Of a stretch of 64,000 nucleotides of DNA, positions 58,617 through 64,000 are shown piece after piece; the stretch's first letter is position 1; the number at the start of each line of letters is the position of its first letter. The notes below the pieces were generated by a model that had not been told where the DNA came from, did no database searches, and was given only the letters and a program-made list of their open reading frames with translations. The position numbers and the translations under genes were made by a program. The DNA lies in assembly GCF_009914755.1 (NCBI RefSeq), contig NC_060941.1; one strand, 5' to 3'. Source of the stretch: the human T2T-CHM13v2.0 reference genome, Homo sapiens.

Positions 58617-59185
58617 TGGCAACACTTTTTCTAATCACCTGGGTTAAATATTTTTCCTCCCTAATTTTCTCACAAATCTGTGTTATTTTCATATTTGGAG
58701 TGGTGTCTAATACCAGTGCACGCTGTCCTTGGCATGATCTCCCCAGCCATTTGACGGCCCCTAAAATCAATTACTTTTACAGATTTATAAAGATAGCATT
58801 CCCATGTTTCTGAGCATAAAACAAGAGGTGCAACTAAGTTTAGACAAATTCTTTTTTAGTTTTTTCAGGTGTCCCTTGTGTCACATTTAGAGTTTTTCTC
58901 TAGGTACAAGAGAGACTTACATAAGACATATAAGTTTTATGTGTTATTTAACTGGTACCTATTACCATTTTCTTTTATGTTTTAAGATGTTTCTGTCCAA
59001 CACACTGTTCTAGTCTCTATCATCTAGTGTATTTAAATGGTCTTTGAATCTGAAATGCAAAGAAATATCCAAAGCGGAGGACAGGGAAGGGAGAATGTAT
59101 GACCACATTTCTAAATCTTCCTACCTTAGCCTATTTCACGGGTTTTAGAGATTGGCAAACAGTTAAAAGTTGTTGGAAGAAGCAC

Positions 59186-60643
59186 TGGTATGGACTAAAT
59201 GTATCCCCTCAAAATTCATATGTTGAAGTCCTAACCCCAAAAGTGATAGTATTAAGAGATGAGACCTTTGGGAGATAATTAGGGTTAGATGAGGTCACAA
59301 GCGTGGGGCCCTAATAATGGGATTAGTGTCTTAAAAAAAGAGGCTTGAGAGCTTATGAGTGTGGTCTCTGTCTTTCTCTCTCTCTCTTTCTGTTTCCCTC
59401 TCTCTCTCTCTCTTTTTTAACCATAAGAATTTGTTAGAAGTTAAAAGGGAAAAACATTCTTTTTGCTGAATAATATCACATTATATTTAACTTAAAGATT
59501 ATTAACTTTTTGAATATCAAAAATTGAAGCTGCTAGGAATCACATTTACTTGTAGGTCCCTAAGTAGCCCTGAGGTCTGAACAGGAAAATATCTTTTATA
59601 AACTATAACAAAAGTCTCACCTCAAAATAAAATACTATGAAATTTACACAATTATATCTGTCCTCAGTATCTGTACAGTACCCAGAAGCCTACTAGATTT
59701 TTAGAAATGACAATGCAAATAGGTTTAGATTCAGAAAACAGAGCTTATACTAAGAGGACATAACTTGAAACCTGGCACCCTGTGCAGGAATCTGTTCAAT
59801 CCTTAGAACAGTCATAAAGTCATCTTTGTTAAAAAACACAGATCCTTGGACACCCCCAAATGCCAGACAGAACAAAGAGAATTCCAGTACCTTGGTTTTT
59901 ACTGTTCATCTGAAGGGGGTATCATTTTCAAATTCCTTCGGATGCCCCAAAGGCTCATGGGGTTGCTGGTCATATTTCTGGGCCTGTCATAGCCTTTTGC
60001 AGTTTTCATCAAGTGTATCCATAGCTGTGCAGTTCTAAACCAGCTTCTAGAAATTTTGCTCAAAAACTGGTGTTAAGGTGCCTCCATGCTTACCTCCCAA
60101 AACTTCATAAAGCATCAGGCCAACATGCACCATCGCTTTACCTGATGGATGGCTTTCTTTTTGTTTTTCCTTTTTATTTAAAAACAACAGAAGGATGTAG
60201 TATTATGACAAAACTATTTCCCTCAAAAACCAAACTGTGTTAGCATTGATTGGAGTATCTAATACATAGGCAGACTTGGGGAAACACCAGAGCTTCTCAG
60301 GATAGATGTTGATTCTGAGGGTAACCTGCAACCGAATGTCAAGGGCCATAGGCTGAATGCCTGGGGAGCTCTTCCAGGGGGAAAGAATCCTCTTGGGTCT
60401 GGGCCCTCTCTTTCTTTCTCTGTCTCTCCCTCTCCCCTTGCACTTTCAAAGAGAAGGTCATGTGGGCACGCAGCAAGATGGCAGTCTATACAGGCCAAGA
60501 GAAGATGCCTCAGAATGAAACCTGTCTTTGCTGGTATCTTGATCTTGGACTTCCAGGCTTCCAGAACTAGGAGAAAATAAATTCCTTTTGTTTCAGCTAC
60601 CCAGTCTGGTACTTCATTATGACTGCCCAAGCAAACTAATACA
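59186..60643 (+). mobile_element. MLT1A-type solo LTR split by ~1-kb insert (LTR halves 59186-59412 and 60406-60643)
   Basis: aaaattcatatgttgaagtcctaacccc...; resumes at aaggtcatgtgggcac...cttggacttccag...aaactaataca. Confidence 0.85.
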
Positions 60644-60659
60644 GACACTGGCTTGTACC

Positions 60660-60985
60660 TTTCTGTTTATGTATCCCTGTGGTTTTCTATCAGCTGTACA
60701 GTTATATTATTCTCTTGGAAATATTAATTCACAACTACTTATGGATTTCTGACTCCACCACATCCCTATTCTTTATCAGATCTCTATTATTCACTTTAAC
60801 AGCATCCCTTTATTTCTTCTTGATTGTACTCATACTAATCGATTTAACTACTTGTTTAATGTGCTTTTTCTGCTCGACTTTAAACACCATGAGGGGAGGC
60901 ACTCTCATGAACTTCACTATATCTTCAGGGCTGATCACAGTAGACACTGAGAAATAGTTGTTGAATGTATAAACACATGGATGAA
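60660..60985 (+). mobile_element. L2 3' fragment
   Basis: catgaggggaggcact...cacagtagacactgagaaatagttgttgaatg. Confidence 0.55.
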
Positions 60986-61254
60986 TCCCAATGCTAGTGA
61001 ATATTACTTATCCATAACTTACTTTACTTCGTTGTTTTAGTAAAGCATTCTATTTTAGACTTTTGAAGAGCCTAATAGAGTGGTAAAATTCTATCTTTAA
61101 CTCAGTGATACCCTTATTGGAAATGTGGCTTTTTCAACCAAAAGGCAAAACTCATCAATGGCTGTCTAAATTATGGCTACCACCCAACTAAAGCTAAAAG
61201 GCCTGGGAGAAAAATCATTAGGCTCCTGTGTATATCACGTGTTGCTTAATAGTG

Positions 61255-61725
61255 GCTGTCTTAGCCCATTCCCTTGAAAGCAGAGGATGAGGGAGAGACA
61301 TGGGTGCAGAAAGCTTATTCCAAGGAAGGAATGAGGGACAGGGAGATGCAAGAGTGAGAAGGAAAGAGACAAAGATAATATAGGATTGCATTGCCAAGGT
61401 TGTTGCTGTAGACAACAGGGTCTTGAATGAGCCGTGACCTCTGGAAAGTGTGCAGAATCTAATTGATGCCCTGAAGGATGAGAGGCTGGTCACCTCCCTG
61501 TTGCTGAGAATTGCCCCAGGACCATTCACTTTCAGACTTCCAGGCTGCCTTTGGATGAGGACTGAGAGGACTCCCAGGGATTTGAGAGTGAGGCATAAAC
61601 AGGAAATAAACACAGAACATTCTCGAAGTGGATCACGGGTCAGCATAAGCCTACACTTGCAGGGAACTGTCCCCTCATAACAGTGTCTGAAATCAGAAGT
61701 GGGATATCACAAGTGCCTGCTACTG
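61255..61725 (-). mobile_element. Probable ERVL LTR (LTR16/33-like)
   Basis: tgtcttagcccattcccttgaaagcagagg... resembles the reverse complement of an LTR16/33 3' end. Confidence 0.4.
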
Positions 61726-62573
61726 TGACGAACTTCAGTGCAGCATTTTTTGTTTTTGCAGTAACACATTTTCTTTGCTCTTTATCCCAGGTTCAAGTTG
61801 TTGATACACTTGTTCTCTGTTCCATGAGCATGCTTGGCATGGAGGGATGGAACAGTAAGTAGGGCTCTTTAGCAGTCAGATAGGAAGATTCCCCAAATAA
61901 GTAGAAAACAATCCATTATTTTTCCAGGTTCTCAAAACAGAGCTCCTGAGGCACATTGCACTCTGGTGCTTACATGGTTCTTTAATGCCATGTGTTTCTC
62001 TGACTCATTTTCTTATTCCATTGCATGTGTCCCAATGCGTAAAAGGTTCTTGTAAGCAGATGTAGTGGTGGTTTTGGTTTGAAGAGCAACCAACACAGCC
62101 TAGGCATCCCTGGGGAGATTCACCAGAGTCTCTTCGACATTGGGGCTGCAGCTAGGGCCACTGCTGATGAAGGTGGGGCTGGTGATGATGATGTTGGAGA
62201 TAGCGATCAGATGACTCCAACCATAATGTCACTGCTTATGGTGATGTTTTGAGCCTCGGCAGGTTGAGTCAGGGTGGATAAGGATTTATGCCAGACTTAT
62301 TGTCCACTCCTTCTCCAAGATTGTCTCATACTACCCTGCCAACTGAGGGCCAGCACTTTGCATTGCCCATTGCTATATTACTCATTGCCTTCTTGGTACA
62401 GGACAGATGCTTGGTACATGGATTTTGTTTAATTCCTAATTATTTCATGACTTGTTTTGACCCAAGCATTATTTTCACAAACTAAACTATTTCGACCATG
62501 TTTGCATCCTCACTTTTCTCCAAACATTAAACATCAAATTATGTTTAAAAACCTAGAGTGCTTCATTAGTAAC

Positions 62574-62998
62574 TGTATTGGTTTGCCAGGGCTGCCATAA
62601 CAAAATAACACAGACTGGGCACAAAATAACACAGACTGGGGGAGCTAAGCAACAGAAACTTATTTTCTCACACTTCTGGAGGCTGAAAGTTCAAGATCAC
62701 TGTGCCAGCAGTGATGGTGTCTGTGGAGGTCTCTCTTCCTGACCTGCAGACAGCCACCTTCTTGCTATGTGCTCCCCTGGACTTTCCTCTGTTTGTGCTG
62801 GGAGGCAGATAGAGAGAGAGAAAGAGAGCACACCAGCTCTGTGTCTTATAAGGACACCAGTCCTATCAGACTTTCCTACCCTTATAACATCATTTAACCT
62901 TAATTACCTCCTTAAAAGCCCTATCTCCAAATATAGTTACACTGGGAGTTAGGGTTTCAACACGTGAATTTTGAGGGGGCATAATTCAGTCCATAACA
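62574..62998 (-). mobile_element. MLT1A0-type solo LTR with internal 21-bp tandem duplication
   Basis: tgtattggtttgccagggctgccataacaaaa...ccataaca; 5-bp TSD gtaac/ataac; acaaaataacacagactggg at 62600 and 62621. Confidence 0.88.
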
Positions 62999-63119
62999 AT
63001 AACCTTATGGAGTGAACTCACTCTATTTTAAAGACATTGTTAATTAATCCTGTTGGAAAGCAATGGGCTAGAGTATGACTCACCTTTAGGGATCTAAGTC
63101 ACAGATGATGCGGTAGGAG

Positions 63120-63565
63120 TTATGGCAAGATTGGGTTCCCCCAAGACGAAGATTCATGTGCAGCTGATTTATAGCAAGTCTCAGGGGAGACTGGTAAGGG
63201 AATAGGGGAAGCAGAGCAAGGATGAAGGGCAGGGAAAGAGACGGGAAGTAAATATAAAGATTCAAGCAGTGGCCCCAAGGACTGATATTACAGGGGGTTC
63301 TGGGGAGTTAATTACACCTCAGAGTTGTGCTGACCTGGGGGCTGGGCTCTCCTACTCCTGTACCTCAGTCATTGGCTAAGGGTATGCCTGAGGGACATCA
63401 ATTTCCAAGCATTTTCAGTTTTTTACACCCAAGAAAATCCTTCAAAGAAGAAAGGCACATTTGTGCATTGGAGAAAAAAGCACATGTAACCTCGAAGAGG
63501 AATGCATAGATGCGGTCAAGGGGGTCGGAGGACTCTGGGTGGGTCATCAATAGTGTCCACTTCAG
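63120..63565 (-). mobile_element. Probable ERVL LTR (LTR33-like)
   Basis: gggttccccc...catgtgcagctgattta...cacctcagagttgt...cagtcattggc. Confidence 0.45.
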
Positions 63566-63769
63566 AATGCTAGAATAACGTACATCTACGGGTGGGGGGC
63601 AGTTGTCACAGGGGCCAGCCTTCTGAGTAGCACTCAGCCTTCCCCCAAGCCATGCTGCTCAGATAGTAACATTGGAAAGCCTTAGCATGCAGCAGTGAAG
63701 AGTCACAGACTTCAAGCGTGGAAACTTCAAAAACTAATGGCTTCTTAGACTTCTGGGGGAAAAATGGGT

Positions 63770-63910
63770 AGCGTGGAGTCCAGCATTTCCAAGTTGAATC
63801 ATGAATTTACAACTTACTAATTGTGTGACCTTAAGCAACTGACACCATTACTCAAGTTAAGTAACTAAGTCCAACTAATTCTAAATGCCATCTACAAGAT
63901 GGAGACATCA
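63770..63910 (+). mobile_element. MIR fragment
   Basis: cttactaattgtgtgaccttaagcaa. Confidence 0.55.
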
Positions 63911-64000
63911 AATAAATAAAGCAGGTAAAAAAAATTACCCTGCATTTAGTAGAACCTGAGAAACATAAGTCCTTCCTTCCAACCTCTTCTTCCCTTTCTT

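Noticed and set aside
60259-60648. 129-aa minus-strand ORF spanning LTR and insert
   Set aside because: Chimeric read-through from MLT1A sequence with a non-ATG start; peptide not recognisable in any frame

Overview
Primate, most likely human, genomic DNA lying inside one large gene on the + strand. The only supportable coding sequence is a 96-bp symmetric (phase 1-1) exon at 3638-3733 encoding (G)HYGKDAYRSGGPDLHNFISSGFVTLGRGHTK(G). I recognise this from memory as the alternatively spliced cytoplasmic exon (exon 3) of SHISA6/CKAMP52, an AMPA-receptor auxiliary subunit. The remainder is intronic and dominated by about 22 Alus or Alu fragments, L1PA/L1M, L2, MIR, MER5/MER81 DNA transposons, MaLR (MLT1/MST) and ERVL-type LTRs, and microsatellites. 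The other ORFs in the track are repeat-derived or chance ORFs. I cannot support a new multi-gene system. The best leads are (i) unusual splice and RNA-structure features around the exon, (ii) an L1 3' transduction, (iii) an unexplained ~1-kb insert splitting an MLT1A LTR, (iv) a chimeric unique+Alu insert in an L2, (v) two twin-primed L1s, and (vi) candidate CRE/AP-1 enhancers and an E-box minisatellite. Repeat subfamily calls are by eye, and boundaries of old repeats are approximate.
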